Source of the DNA: an uncultured virus (IMG/VR IMGVR_UViG_3300022925_000007)
Taxonomy: Duplodnaviria; Heunggongvirae; Uroviricota; Caudoviricetes
DNA length: 20,000 nt
Virus record (IMG/VR): IMGVR_UViG_3300022925_000007
Reading direction: 5' to 3' (one strand)
How positions within the stretch are numbered: position 1 is the first letter of the stretch; each line of letters opens with the position of its first letter. Both the position numbers and the translations under genes were made by a program. Under the pieces are notes generated by a model. The model saw only the letters and a list, made by a program, of their open reading frames with translations, was not told the origin of the DNA and made no database searches. This document shows, piece after piece, positions 6,063 through 20,000 of this stretch.

Positions 6063-8734
6063 TGGCAGCAACAATAAGAATTAAACGCTCGGGTACAGCT
6101 GGTAATCCCACAACACTTGCCCAAGGTGAGTTAGCATATTCGTATTTAACCGATAACGGTTCCAATGGTGGTGATCGCCTCTACGTTGGTACTGGAACTG
6201 AGACTGCCGGCGATGCGGCGAATCATGAGGTCATTGGTGGTAAACACTATGTTGACCTGCTCCATGGTTCCGGAGATCCAAACTATGGTACGTTGACAGC
6301 ATCGACTGCTATTATCGTTGATGCAAATAAAAAGATCAACGAACTGCTCGTTGATAATGTTACCGTTGATGGCAATACCATTTCAACCAGCACTGGCAAC
6401 CTTGTTCTTTCCCCTACAGGTTTCGTCGATGCTAACAGTAATCTGATTAGCAATGTTACGGATCCAGTAAGCGCACAAGACGCTGCTACTAAAGCATACG
6501 TTGACTTACAAGTTGGCGGTGGCGGTTTACAAATTGTTGGTGATACAGGTTCTGACACCGTAAATGTTCAGGACTCTTCTCTTGACTTCCAAGGTGGTAC
6601 AGGTATTACCACTGCTGTCACTGACAACGTAGTCGATATTTCTATCACTAACACTGGCGTATCTGCTTCAACCTATGGTTCGGCGACTGCTGTTCCTGTA
6701 CTTACAGTAAATGCCCAAGGTCAGTTAACCAACGTAACAACTGCAAATATCTCAACCGACTTCACTATTAATGGTGACGCGATTAGTCTGCTTAACAGCG
6801 ATCTCACTATTACTGAAGGCGAAGGCATTGACGTTGCTTATGATAGCGATACCAATACGCTGACCATCTCTGGTGAACTCGCGACTACTGCTAACAAGGG
6901 TGTTGCTTCTTTCAGTAGCAATGACTTTGCTGTTAACACTGGCGTTGTTACGATTAAGACTGGCGGTGTTAGTAATACGCAACTGGTTAACAGTTCTTTA
7001 ACGATTGGTACTGATGCTGTTTCCCTCGGTGGATCAATAACAGATCTGAACGGGTTGACCTCTGTCGATATTGATAACATCACGATCGACGGCAATACTA
7101 TTTCAACCACGAACACGGATGGCAATCTCGTACTTGATCCAAATGGTACGGGAAGCATTGATGCTTCTAGTGCTGTCATTAGCAATGTCGGAACGCCAAG
7201 CGCTGCGGGTGACGCTGCTAACAAAGCATACGTTGATGGTATTACTGGCGGCGCTTCGATTGCTCTTTCTATCACGGGCGATACTGGCAGCGATAACGTT
7301 GCTCTTGCTGATTCTGCGCTCGACTTTAATGGCGGCACGGGTATCACGACAACTGTCACTGATAACACTGTCGATATTGCAATTACCAACACTGGCGTAT
7401 CAGCTAATACCTATGGTTCTGCGACAGCAGTGCCAGTCCTCACGGTTAATGCTCAGGGTCAAATTACAAGCGCATCGACTGCTAGCATCTCGACTGATCT
7501 GACTGTAAACGGCGATACTATCAGCCTACTCGACAGCGACCTTACGTTTGCTGCCGGTGAAGGTATTGACGTTGCTTACGATGCCTCTACGAATACAGTA
7601 ACATATTCAGGCGAAGATGCTACAACCACTAACAAAGGTATTGCTTCGTTTGCTACTGCAGACTTTGGCGTATCTACTGGTGCGGTAAGTCTTAACGACG
7701 CGGTTGTTAAATCTGTCAGTACTGATGGCTCGGCAGCAACTCCTTCTACGCATGCCTTTACAATTGCTGGTACTTCTGCCCAAGGTATCTCTACTAGCGG
7801 ATCAGGCGCTACTGTCACGATTACTGCTGCGAACGCAACAACAAGTGCGAAAGGTGTTGCTTCCTTTAACACTAACGACTTCTCCGTATCAAGCGGAGCA
7901 GTTTCGATTAAGACAGGCGGTGTAAGTAATACTCAACTTGAGAACTCAAGTGTTACCGTAACTGCCGGCAACGGTCTCGGCGGTGGCGGTGCGGTTTCCC
8001 TCGGCGGTTCTACCTCTCTAAGCGTCAACGTTGACGATAGCACGATTGAGATTGCTACTGATACGCTACAAGTTAAAGACGCTGGTATTACCAACGCGAA
8101 ACTTGCTAACAGCAGTGTTACGATTGGTTCTACTGAGATTTCGCTAGGTGGCACTTCTACTACACTTGCCGGTCTTACTCAGGTTGACATTGATAACATT
8201 CGTATCCTGGATAATACCATTGCTTCTTCGACTGGCATTCTTTACATTGATCCAAACCCAATCGACTCTGACGGTGGTGATGTTATCGTTCGTGGTAACC
8301 TTACTGTCCAAGGTACGCAAACGGTCATTAACTCTACTGCGGTATCCATTAATGATCTGAACCTGATCCTTGCTGACTCAGCGGCAGATGCTAACGCGGC
8401 AGACGGTGCTGGTATTACCATTGGCGGTGCTAACTATACGTTGACCTACAACGCTGCTAGTGACTATCTCGAAACGAGTGGTGACTTCAACGTTGGCGGT
8501 GCGTTAACAGTTGGCGGCGAGTCGTTCTCTGAAGTAGTTGGCGACGCTGTTGCTACTCTGCTGCAGGAAGGCGAAGGTATTGACCTCACCTATAACGATG
8601 GTGCGAATACTCTGACGGTTGCTGCGGAAATCGCTACAATAACCAACCGTGGTGTTGCTTCGTTTGACTCTGATCAGTTTACAGTAACTTCAGGTGCTGT
8701 TACTATTTCTACCCTTGATGGTGGAACATACTAA
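6062..8734 (+). CDS. Tail fibre protein (Mtd-N-like N-terminus, repetitive shaft)
   Basis: 890 aa; N-terminus IRIKRS...PTTLAQGELAY; two DAA(T/N)KAYVD motifs, two TYGSATAVPVLTVNAQGQ motifs and four AT-x3-(K/R)G(V/I)ASF motifs; ends LDGGTY. Confidence 0.85.
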   Translation: MAATIRIKRSGTAGNPTTLAQGELAYSYLTDNGSNGGDRLYVGTGTETAGDAANHEVIGGKHYVDLLHGSGDPNYGTLTASTAIIVDANKKINELLVDNVTVDGNTISTSTGNLVLSPTGFVDANSNLISNVTDPVSAQDAATKAYVDLQVGGGGLQIVGDTGSDTVNVQDSSLDFQGGTGITTAVTDNVVDISITNTGVSASTYGSATAVPVLTVNAQGQLTNVTTANISTDFTINGDAISLLNSDLTITEGEGIDVAYDSDTNTLTISGELATTANKGVASFSSNDFAVNTGVVTIKTGGVSNTQLVNSSLTIGTDAVSLGGSITDLNGLTSVDIDNITIDGNTISTTNTDGNLVLDPNGTGSIDASSAVISNVGTPSAAGDAANKAYVDGITGGASIALSITGDTGSDNVALADSALDFNGGTGITTTVTDNTVDIAITNTGVSANTYGSATAVPVLTVNAQGQITSASTASISTDLTVNGDTISLLDSDLTFAAGEGIDVAYDASTNTVTYSGEDATTTNKGIASFATADFGVSTGAVSLNDAVVKSVSTDGSAATPSTHAFTIAGTSAQGISTSGSGATVTITAANATTSAKGVASFNTNDFSVSSGAVSIKTGGVSNTQLENSSVTVTAGNGLGGGGAVSLGGSTSLSVNVDDSTIEIATDTLQVKDAGITNAKLANSSVTIGSTEISLGGTSTTLAGLTQVDIDNIRILDNTIASSTGILYIDPNPIDSDGGDVIVRGNLTVQGTQTVINSTAVSINDLNLILADSAADANAADGAGITIGGANYTLTYNAASDYLETSGDFNVGGALTVGGESFSEVVGDAVATLLQEGEGIDLTYNDGANTLTVAAEIATITNRGVASFDSDQFTVTSGAVTISTLDGGTY
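6350..7693 (+). repeat. Diverged internal tandem duplication (~240-246 aa period) in the tail fibre
   Basis: VDNVTVDGNTIST (6350) vs IDNITIDGNTIST (7070); TYGSATAVPVLTVNAQGQ at 6671 and 7409; GEGIDVAYD in both copies. Confidence 0.85.
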
Positions 8735-8746
8735 ATGGATAATGAT

Positions 8747-8766
8747 GGGGGAGTAAATACTCCCCC
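8747..8766. other. Intergenic stem-loop GGGGGAGT-AAAT-ACTCCCCC
   Basis: Perfect inverted repeat between two fibre genes; no U-tract follows, so not a classical intrinsic terminator. Confidence 0.7.
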
Positions 8767-8797
8767 GATATACCAATATTGGGTTTGAGGATGACAA

Positions 8798-13225
<4,428 letters not shown>

Positions 13226-13229
13226 TACT

Positions 13230-14081
13230 GTGGCAACTAAGACTTGGTATCTCAATCAAAGGACATATGCTTCTACTAATTATCTCTTTTTAGATCCAAA
13301 CGAGTCAGACGTTCCCTCTGGCATCAATCGAAGCGATAGCGGATGGAATTCAGGACGAAACAATGCTGGTAATACAGCATGGATGGATAACAGCACTGAA
13401 GTCGCCCGAGGCGACTTCTCGTCGAGCACAACATCACCTGATTTTAGCGCTGGTAATGTAGATACTCCGACTGGAATATCATCAGAATTTCATAATATAG
13501 TCGCTAACGTTAACCCCACTTTAACCGGCACTAGTGGAATAGGGATACCAAGAACAGCAGTAATGTTTACGGTTCCTTTTAATGCTGTTGTAGAGGGGGG
13601 GAGCCAGTGGACGCTGACTTTAGATGTCGCAGCAAACTCGAGAGCATGGCCTGGAAGTGGACAGGGGAGATTAATTTTAGAAGCTTATAAAATATATATG
13701 ACTGATACAAGTGGTTTGACTGTCTCGCCAACTCAAATTGAATTATCGGAAACAGGATTAAACTACCAAGTGAGCAGTACAGTAACTGGATTAAGCACTA
13801 ACGTCAACAGTAAGCAAACTTTAACATTGAATTATACACCAACAGGAGTCGCCCCTAATAGTGGTTGGCGTCTCGGGTATTGGGAAACATACATTGGACG
13901 TAAAACCGAAAGCACCTCCAGGAGCGGATTTTTAGCATTAGCATTGGGTTGGGAAATCGTCACGTCAATTAGTGGAGGCGGAGGAAACAATAGATGCGAT
14001 GTCAATATTCTTTATGGAACAGGAACAAATAGTAAGTTGGTATCCGCACCCTTCAGAAAAAAAGTTTATGCAGCAACATAA
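13230..14081 (+). CDS. Hypothetical beta-rich protein, candidate fibre-tip or receptor-binding subunit
   Basis: 283 aa; GTG start 4 nt after the collagen gene stop; S/T/G/N/W-rich. Function inferred from position only. Confidence 0.55.
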   Translation: MATKTWYLNQRTYASTNYLFLDPNESDVPSGINRSDSGWNSGRNNAGNTAWMDNSTEVARGDFSSSTTSPDFSAGNVDTPTGISSEFHNIVANVNPTLTGTSGIGIPRTAVMFTVPFNAVVEGGSQWTLTLDVAANSRAWPGSGQGRLILEAYKIYMTDTSGLTVSPTQIELSETGLNYQVSSTVTGLSTNVNSKQTLTLNYTPTGVAPNSGWRLGYWETYIGRKTESTSRSGFLALALGWEIVTSISGGGGNNRCDVNILYGTGTNSKLVSAPFRKKVYAAT

Positions 14082-14093
14082 TAGGTAAATGAA

Positions 14094-15047
14094 ATGGCAT
14101 TGAATTTTCCAAACTCGCCAAGTACAAATGATACATACACTGACAGTAACTCAGCAGTGTGGCAGTACGATGGTGTCAAGTGGGACGTCGTCACAAGTTC
14201 TACAAGAAAGGTATTTAGTGGAGCAAAAGTCTCGAACTCCTCGATAGTAAACTTGACAGCATCTTCTAGCGCAATATCATGGGACACGGAGACGTTTGAT
14301 GTTGACAATTATTTCGATTCGGGGTTGGCGTCAAGATTAAAAGCACCGCTGACTGGTTTTTACCGAATCGTAGCAACTATCACCACCTCATCCGATGGTG
14401 TTGGTTCTAACTACACTATACTGATTAAAAAGAACGGAACCACAAACTTGGTAACTACAACTGCTGGTGCTAACCAAACGGTTGTTTATGACGAGATTGT
14501 CGAGTTGTCACAAGACGACTACATCGAATTATATGCTAGCGAAAGTAATTCAGTTGGTGACCTAGCAGCAGGTTCTACTTTTGAAATGCACCGCATGGGT
14601 TTATCATTAGGCACCGGTGTGAGCGCGAACCAAGCATTTAGCGGCGTCCGTGGTGTACTGACTTCGGTAGAAAATGCTACCAGCACTTTGACTGCGATAC
14701 CTTGGGACACCACCGACTTCAACGTAAATGCTGATGTTCTTGGTAATACATACTGGGATGCGGGCACACCTTCTATTATAAGAGTTAAAACTGACGGATT
14801 CTTTAGAATCAAGTCTTTTGTACAAGCAGGGTCGGGCGGTTCCCTAGATTCTTATACAGTAACATTAAGAAAGAATGGCGCCACCACACTAGAAACTACG
14901 AGTCTAAGTCCTAACGACTTCGTTGACTTGGACGAAGTATATTCTTTGGCAGATAGTGATTATGTTGAGTTGCTAATACTTGATTCTGATAATTCTGGAA
15001 GCATAACAACAGATTCTTATTTAGAAGTGGTAAGATTAGGTTTATAG
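14094..15047 (+). CDS. Fibre-associated protein with MAxNFP anchor and two tandem C1q/TNF-like domains
   Basis: 317 aa; N-terminus MALNFPNSP...WQYDGVKW; two repeats of FSG...I-x-WDT-x-x-F...GF(Y/F)RI...KNG-x-T...(V/L)-x-(D/E)..L-x-x-x-DY(I/V)EL starting at 14214 and 14637. Confidence 0.7.
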   Translation: MALNFPNSPSTNDTYTDSNSAVWQYDGVKWDVVTSSTRKVFSGAKVSNSSIVNLTASSSAISWDTETFDVDNYFDSGLASRLKAPLTGFYRIVATITTSSDGVGSNYTILIKKNGTTNLVTTTAGANQTVVYDEIVELSQDDYIELYASESNSVGDLAAGSTFEMHRMGLSLGTGVSANQAFSGVRGVLTSVENATSTLTAIPWDTTDFNVNADVLGNTYWDAGTPSIIRVKTDGFFRIKSFVQAGSGGSLDSYTVTLRKNGATTLETTSLSPNDFVDLDEVYSLADSDYVELLILDSDNSGSITTDSYLEVVRLGL

Positions 15048-15060
15048 AGGATAAAATAAA

Positions 15061-15429
15061 ATGGCGTTCGTAAAGTCAACGAGTACAATATCAAGTAACT
15101 CAGTGACCGTTTCAGGATTGAGTGGCGGAACCAACGGTAAAGTTGTGCGAATAAGCGCAGCGAATACTGCGGCGGACGCGGCAAATACTGATACGTCTCT
15201 GCAGTTACAAAGCGTGTTGATAAAAATCAATGACGTTTATTATTCATCAGGCGTAGTTTCGGGATTCACTGGATTGAGTCCTGGTTCGCCTTATTACTTG
15301 GCGGCAGATGGCAATTTAACGCCAACACCTCCATCGCCAAGTTCATCAGTACGTGTTTTGTTTATGGGGTTTGCGTTAAATACTACTGACCTATTGATGA
15401 GAGTCGGCACTCCGATTTCAGGTACATAA
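15061..15429 (+). CDS. Small virion protein (stand-alone fibre C-terminal/cement-like domain)
   Basis: 122 aa; GVVSGFTGLSPGSPYYLAADGNLTPTPP...MGFALNTTDLL motif, often seen at fibre C-termini. Confidence 0.6.
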   Translation: MAFVKSTSTISSNSVTVSGLSGGTNGKVVRISAANTAADAANTDTSLQLQSVLIKINDVYYSSGVVSGFTGLSPGSPYYLAADGNLTPTPPSPSSSVRVLFMGFALNTTDLLMRVGTPISGT

Positions 15430-15432
15430 TCA

Positions 15433-18400
15433 ATGGCAATAGCATCTGTTACAAAAACGGTAGCGATAGATAGTGCTAGCACGTATCTAGGTCATCCAAT
15501 GAATAATGGAATCAGTTCCTCTGGGTACTGGTACACATATATTCCAGCAAGTGCAGATAATAAAACGCTTGGTGCTTCTATAGTTCCTTATGTTTACGAT
15601 TCTGGATTAGACCTAGTTAATACGCTAGACTCAGTCGGAATAGATGCTACTTTTGCTCTGGTAAAAGAAACGTGGAACGGATCCACGAAATACTATCACG
15701 GCGGCGTAATAGAGCATATTGGCGCGGGTCAAAATGATATTACTGGCGACAACGAAGACGATGCTTATTTCTTTGCACATTTAGGCAATTATGATAGCGT
15801 TGGTCAAGTTAGTGACGATGGATTCTGGTGGGATCGCCTATACGAAGAAGAGGGAACTGGCGAATGGGACTATTATCAGTACCACGTTCATTTTCCTGCC
15901 TTGTACCCCAATTATAATGATGCGCGATTGGTTGTTAATGGTAATGGATATGTTGATGTTGATGATAAGGCATTTGGTTATAGCATTCAGATACGTGTAA
16001 AGTCTGGCGGAAATTTCTATTCTAATGTTTTAGCAAGGGTTCACACGCCGAGTATCGGCGGTGCGCATAACTCGCATAATGACGTTATCCTTGGTGGAAC
16101 TGCCACAAAAAATTATCTTCACGCGGGCATGATCACTGGCACTAACGATCGCTTCTATACGTTTATCCTAGACTCAGCAGGAACTAATGACTGGCGTGTT
16201 TCTACAAGAACATATACAGACGCTGCTGGTTCATTCGGCATTTCTACTGATCTAGGAACCTATGATTTAGCAGATCCAGTATTCAATTTTCAGACAGATT
16301 ACACGGGCGATCAAGGCGAGTATCCTTTCCGTGCAAGTGCTGGTGACATTTACGACAATCACATTTATATTCCTGTCATTTACAACGGCGCGGCGTCAAC
16401 CTATGATTTGAAAATATGGAAACTACAAGAAGGCACGACCCTTCCTACTGGTAGTTTGTCGGTCCAAGATTTCTTGACTGGATTAGATATTAAACCAGAT
16501 TGCCAAATTCGTACAGTCGGCGATAAGGTTTATCTGCTCGTTGCTAACGACGATGCGGAAGTAAAATTGTATTCGACTACTGGTAACGGTTCCTTCACAG
16601 ACGAAGGAACCATCGTTGCAAATAATTCGGGTTCTACGAAAAATCTTCGTATACATGGATTCAGGTATAACCCGAATAACACCAAATACTATGCCTTGAT
16701 CTCTGGCGATTACGAAGCAGGCGGAACATATACAGGTCAGGGACTGTATTCGTTTAGTTTGACAGGCGTATTTGAGGGTTATGAACACCTTGACTTTGCT
16801 ACTGATAGTTCTGGTGGATACTTGGTAAGACCAGCGCAACAAGCAGGCAATTTAGTCTACGATCATATTGACGGAATAATTAAAAGGTCAACCAACACTG
16901 AACCGGAAGGTATTGCGGTAAATACTAGTATCTTAACTTACGGTGAAGGTTCGCCCGTATTCTACGAGAAAAAAGAAATAAACACGCTCGGTAACGAATA
17001 CCTATTTAACTCTGCCTTCTTAAGGGACGGTAGAAAGATCTTCATTGGATTGCGGGAAACTGTAAACCCTGATGTTGAAGCAAACCTCTACGATATGTTG
17101 GTCACGGTGCTTGATAATGATAACAAACCTATCAGTATAGTTTATGGTGGTGATGGTGTAGATTGGCCGATTGATATTTTCCAAGACTCAGACGACCGAG
17201 TTTGGATTGCTGGTTATACTAAGAGTGAGTTTGTTGGAAAGCGAGATATTTGGGTTCATGGTTGGACAAGAAATCTTTCCGCTGGCGCAGATACGTTAGA
17301 ATTTCGCGATCATGCCGTTGATGCTAACGGTAATATCTATGCCGTTGGTAACTACGTGACCGATAATTATTCTATTGTCGCAAAATATGATTACAATTAT
17401 AATTTGCTTTGGCAGAAGCGTATAAATGGCGGACTGGATTCTGAAGAAAGTTTTGCCATTGCTCTCGATGACGATAACAATATTTACATCGTCGGCAAGA
17501 CTGTTAATTCTGGGCAGGGTGGTTTTGATGCTCAGTTGATTAAACTCGATAGCAACGGTTCCTTTACATACCAAAGGACGTATGGTACGGCAGGTCTGAA
17601 TGAGACTGCGAATAGTATTGCCGTCATAAAGAATGCTTCTGACACAAGACTTGTAATACCAGTCACACCAGATGCATTGGATTATAGCACAGTTTTGATT
17701 ACTGACCTTGACGGTGCTGTTACTGAGCAAGTTCGCTTCGACAGTTGCCGTATAAGCAAGGTAAGGAATCACGATACTACCACGGACGGCAAGTTCTTGT
17801 TCGCTGGCACGGACGGTTCGACTTCAGGTAAATTTGGATTGTGCGATATTAACGACGCCAATATTATGAAGTGGAATCAAAAGTTCTCAGCGAATGGTGC
17901 AATTAGTGACATCGTCGTTTGGACTGGTGACAGCGCTGGCGTGAGCCAGGACACAAAGTATATCGTAGTTGGTAATGATAGCGATACTGGGTTAGTCATG
18001 CAACTGTCAGTCGACTCGACCTACAGCACTATCACGAAGAACTGGTCGAAGAGTATGACCAAGAGCGCGTTTAGAAGCGTAGTGGTTTCTCCTTATAGTA
18101 TGAATATGGTCATGGATCCAGACGAGATGCATCATGCAGGTAGATATATTTACGCATTAGGTTATACCGATTCGGTAACCACTTCTCCTTACATGAATAG
18201 AACGTCAGTATTGGCACAGTTTGATTCTGTAGGAACTCAGAAGTGGCAGAATAATTTTGGTCATATGGGTGATGATAATCTATACTCTATTACTCGCGAT
18301 GTCCTGAATCGCAATTTTATCACTGTCGGAACTTCGACCAGTCACAGTAATGGTCGTGATGCTATTCTGTTCCGTGGTGAAAATAATGGTTTCGGAACTG

Positions 18401-19674
18401 GATCGTACTTTACAACGGGAAGCACTAGTGCCGCATATTATTATGAAAAGGGTGCATTGACATCTTCTGTTAATGGCACTTCATTGACCGACATAAGTGC
18501 ACCGATTGATATTGCTGGTGCTCTGGTCACTGATTCTGATAATACTGTGACGACCGCCGACACGTCAATAACATCAAAGAATTATGATGGTGCATATGGA
18601 CCGAATGGCGTTTTCCAAGGGTTCATCGCCGAGTTTAAGCTCGATAAATTCAAAGAGTTTTTGAATACTGATACTTACAAAAATAATGTTGCGAACGGCA
18701 TTGTTGCTCACAGAACTTCTGACCCGTTCGAGTTTTATCAGGTAGCAACTGTTGGCGACGGCACGGCTGATGATGGTAACATATTTTTCTACGATGGTAT
18801 TCAGCACTCTAACGGTAAATTGTATTTGGCAACTCAAACTTCCGGAAGTTTGGGTAGAAACAACACTGGTGGGTCAGGTGTTTACGATTATTCGTTGACT
18901 GCATTTAATCCTACAACAAATAAATTCACCTTCTTCCAGAACGGTGATTCTAATGACCAAGAAATTTACGCGCTCACTGAATTATCTAATGGTAACATAG
19001 CATTCACAGGAAGGACTACAGGATTCCTGAGCGGCGATTCAAATTTCGGTGGTTATGACGTCTTCCTTGGCATTTTCGACCCTACAGCGAATCATGCGCT
19101 TCATGGAGTAGGACCACACAGTGGCGTCGACTATTATCAAACTGGGTCAGGATTGAATGATCGGGGACTTGCAGTAATCGATATTGACGATAAAGATTCT
19201 GATACGTTAATGATAATAGGCACGACATACGGTGCCTTTCCAGGAACAACAAATATCGGTTCGGAAGATGTAGTTGCCTTGAAGTTCAACTACGTCAACG
19301 ATACTTGGGATTCGGCATACCAGTTTGGCAGTACCACGCAAGAACTTATAGATCAAAATAGTCATCCGGCAGCAAAACTTGCTGATGGTAGAATTGCTGT
19401 TGTTCTTCACACTGCCGGAATCTTTGCTGACGACGGTACTTCGACAGGCGGTTTAGATATAGGATTGGCATTACTTGATCCAGCAAACGGCAATTTAAGC
19501 AAGTATACTCTTTCCACCGAGGCACCTGATTTTTCATCAGCAGTTACTTCTTCCGGCAGTTTATTATCGATCGTTGGTTTCAGCGAAGCGACTTGGGAGT
19601 TTGAGCATCATGGGGTATATTCTTTCTTTGACGCTTCACTTGGATTGACCGGCAAGAACGCTGCTGGAAATTAA
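15433..19674 (+). CDS. Large multi-beta-propeller protein with SBBP-like repeats, candidate adhesin or receptor-binding protein
   Basis: 1413 aa; blade motifs AVDANGNIYAVG, IALDDDNNIYIVGKT, GGFDAQLIKLDSNG, LSNGNIAFTGRTTG, GGYDVFLGIFD and GSEDVVALKF. Confidence 0.75.
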   Translation: MAIASVTKTVAIDSASTYLGHPMNNGISSSGYWYTYIPASADNKTLGASIVPYVYDSGLDLVNTLDSVGIDATFALVKETWNGSTKYYHGGVIEHIGAGQNDITGDNEDDAYFFAHLGNYDSVGQVSDDGFWWDRLYEEEGTGEWDYYQYHVHFPALYPNYNDARLVVNGNGYVDVDDKAFGYSIQIRVKSGGNFYSNVLARVHTPSIGGAHNSHNDVILGGTATKNYLHAGMITGTNDRFYTFILDSAGTNDWRVSTRTYTDAAGSFGISTDLGTYDLADPVFNFQTDYTGDQGEYPFRASAGDIYDNHIYIPVIYNGAASTYDLKIWKLQEGTTLPTGSLSVQDFLTGLDIKPDCQIRTVGDKVYLLVANDDAEVKLYSTTGNGSFTDEGTIVANNSGSTKNLRIHGFRYNPNNTKYYALISGDYEAGGTYTGQGLYSFSLTGVFEGYEHLDFATDSSGGYLVRPAQQAGNLVYDHIDGIIKRSTNTEPEGIAVNTSILTYGEGSPVFYEKKEINTLGNEYLFNSAFLRDGRKIFIGLRETVNPDVEANLYDMLVTVLDNDNKPISIVYGGDGVDWPIDIFQDSDDRVWIAGYTKSEFVGKRDIWVHGWTRNLSAGADTLEFRDHAVDANGNIYAVGNYVTDNYSIVAKYDYNYNLLWQKRINGGLDSEESFAIALDDDNNIYIVGKTVNSGQGGFDAQLIKLDSNGSFTYQRTYGTAGLNETANSIAVIKNASDTRLVIPVTPDALDYSTVLITDLDGAVTEQVRFDSCRISKVRNHDTTTDGKFLFAGTDGSTSGKFGLCDINDANIMKWNQKFSANGAISDIVVWTGDSAGVSQDTKYIVVGNDSDTGLVMQLSVDSTYSTITKNWSKSMTKSAFRSVVVSPYSMNMVMDPDEMHHAGRYIYALGYTDSVTTSPYMNRTSVLAQFDSVGTQKWQNNFGHMGDDNLYSITRDVLNRNFITVGTSTSHSNGRDAILFRGENNGFGTGSYFTTGSTSAAYYYEKGALTSSVNGTSLTDISAPIDIAGALVTDSDNTVTTADTSITSKNYDGAYGPNGVFQGFIAEFKLDKFKEFLNTDTYKNNVANGIVAHRTSDPFEFYQVATVGDGTADDGNIFFYDGIQHSNGKLYLATQTSGSLGRNNTGGSGVYDYSLTAFNPTTNKFTFFQNGDSNDQEIYALTELSNGNIAFTGRTTGFLSGDSNFGGYDVFLGIFDPTANHALHGVGPHSGVDYYQTGSGLNDRGLAVIDIDDKDSDTLMIIGTTYGAFPGTTNIGSEDVVALKFNYVNDTWDSAYQFGSTTQELIDQNSHPAAKLADGRIAVVLHTAGIFADDGTSTGGLDIGLALLDPANGNLSKYTLSTEAPDFSSAVTSSGSLLSIVGFSEATWEFEHHGVYSFFDASLGLTGKNAAGN

Positions 19675-19680
19675 TAAATA
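19673..19680 (+). promoter_or_regulatory. Probable late promoter variant (AATAAATA)
   Basis: 7/8 match to TATAAATA, overlapping the stop codon, 26 nt before the next ATG. Confidence 0.5.
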
Positions 19681-19706
19681 GGTATAAGGATAAACGGGAT
19701 AATTAA

Positions 19707-19898
19707 ATGGCAGCGATTAACTTTCCAAACTCGCCAACTTTACAAGATATCTATTTAGATTCGGACTCAGGGAACCAATGGCAATGGGACGGTGAAAAAT
19801 GGAAAGCGTACAGCCGCCCGTTAGGATACACTGGATCGGCGGCAACAGGTGGTGAGATAACAGGCAAAGCCTATGCAATGGCAATCGTATTCGGTTAA
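19707..19898 (+). CDS. Minimal fibre adaptor: MAxNFP anchor, one GYTGS unit and GKAYAMAIVFG C-terminus
   Basis: 63 aa; N-terminus is paralogous to ORF 14094 (NFPNSP...WQ(W/Y)DG-x-KW). Confidence 0.7.
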   Translation: MAAINFPNSPTLQDIYLDSDSGNQWQWDGEKWKAYSRPLGYTGSAATGGEITGKAYAMAIVFG

Positions 19899-19912
19899 TA
19901 GGAGAAATTTAA

Positions 19913-20000
19913 ATGGCAGCGCCAAACATAGTAAATGTAACATCAATTACTGGTAAGACAGATGTTCAATCAGTCGGAACTAGTGCGACCGCGATCACAA
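19913..20000 (+). CDS. 3'-truncated small virion protein beginning MAAPNIVNVTSITGKT (absent from the ORF track)
   Basis: AGGAG at 19900-19904, ATG at 19913, open to the window end: MAAPNIVNVTSITGKTDVQSVGTSATAIT. Confidence 0.75.
   Translation, partial: MAAPNIVNVTSITGKTDVQSVGTSATAIT

Noticed and set aside
8747..8766. Intrinsic terminator
   Set aside because: No U-tract on either side; kept only as an unexplained stem-loop.

Overview
Co-directional (+ strand) virion-structural region of a T4-like (myovirus-type) phage, probably environmental or marine; T4-type late promoters (TATAAATA) support this. In order: the 3' part of a DUF4815/VrlC-like virion protein; two small ORFs; a 565-aa Tyr/Gln-rich protein; a charged helical protein; a GT-A glycosyltransferase; a 2OG-Fe(II)-oxygenase-like protein; then a fibre cluster (adaptor proteins, an 890-aa tail fibre, a 1475-aa collagen-like fibre, a tandem C1q-like protein, a 1413-aa beta-propeller protein and small connectors). 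The most striking signal is in the 565-aa protein. Its irregularly spaced Tyr/Phe residues (aa 269-542) are mirror-symmetric about a central GGGG, implying a single ~270-residue antiparallel beta-hairpin needle. It is encoded next to a putative virion-protein modification cassette. All family assignments come from motif recognition and all counts are by hand; no database search was run.
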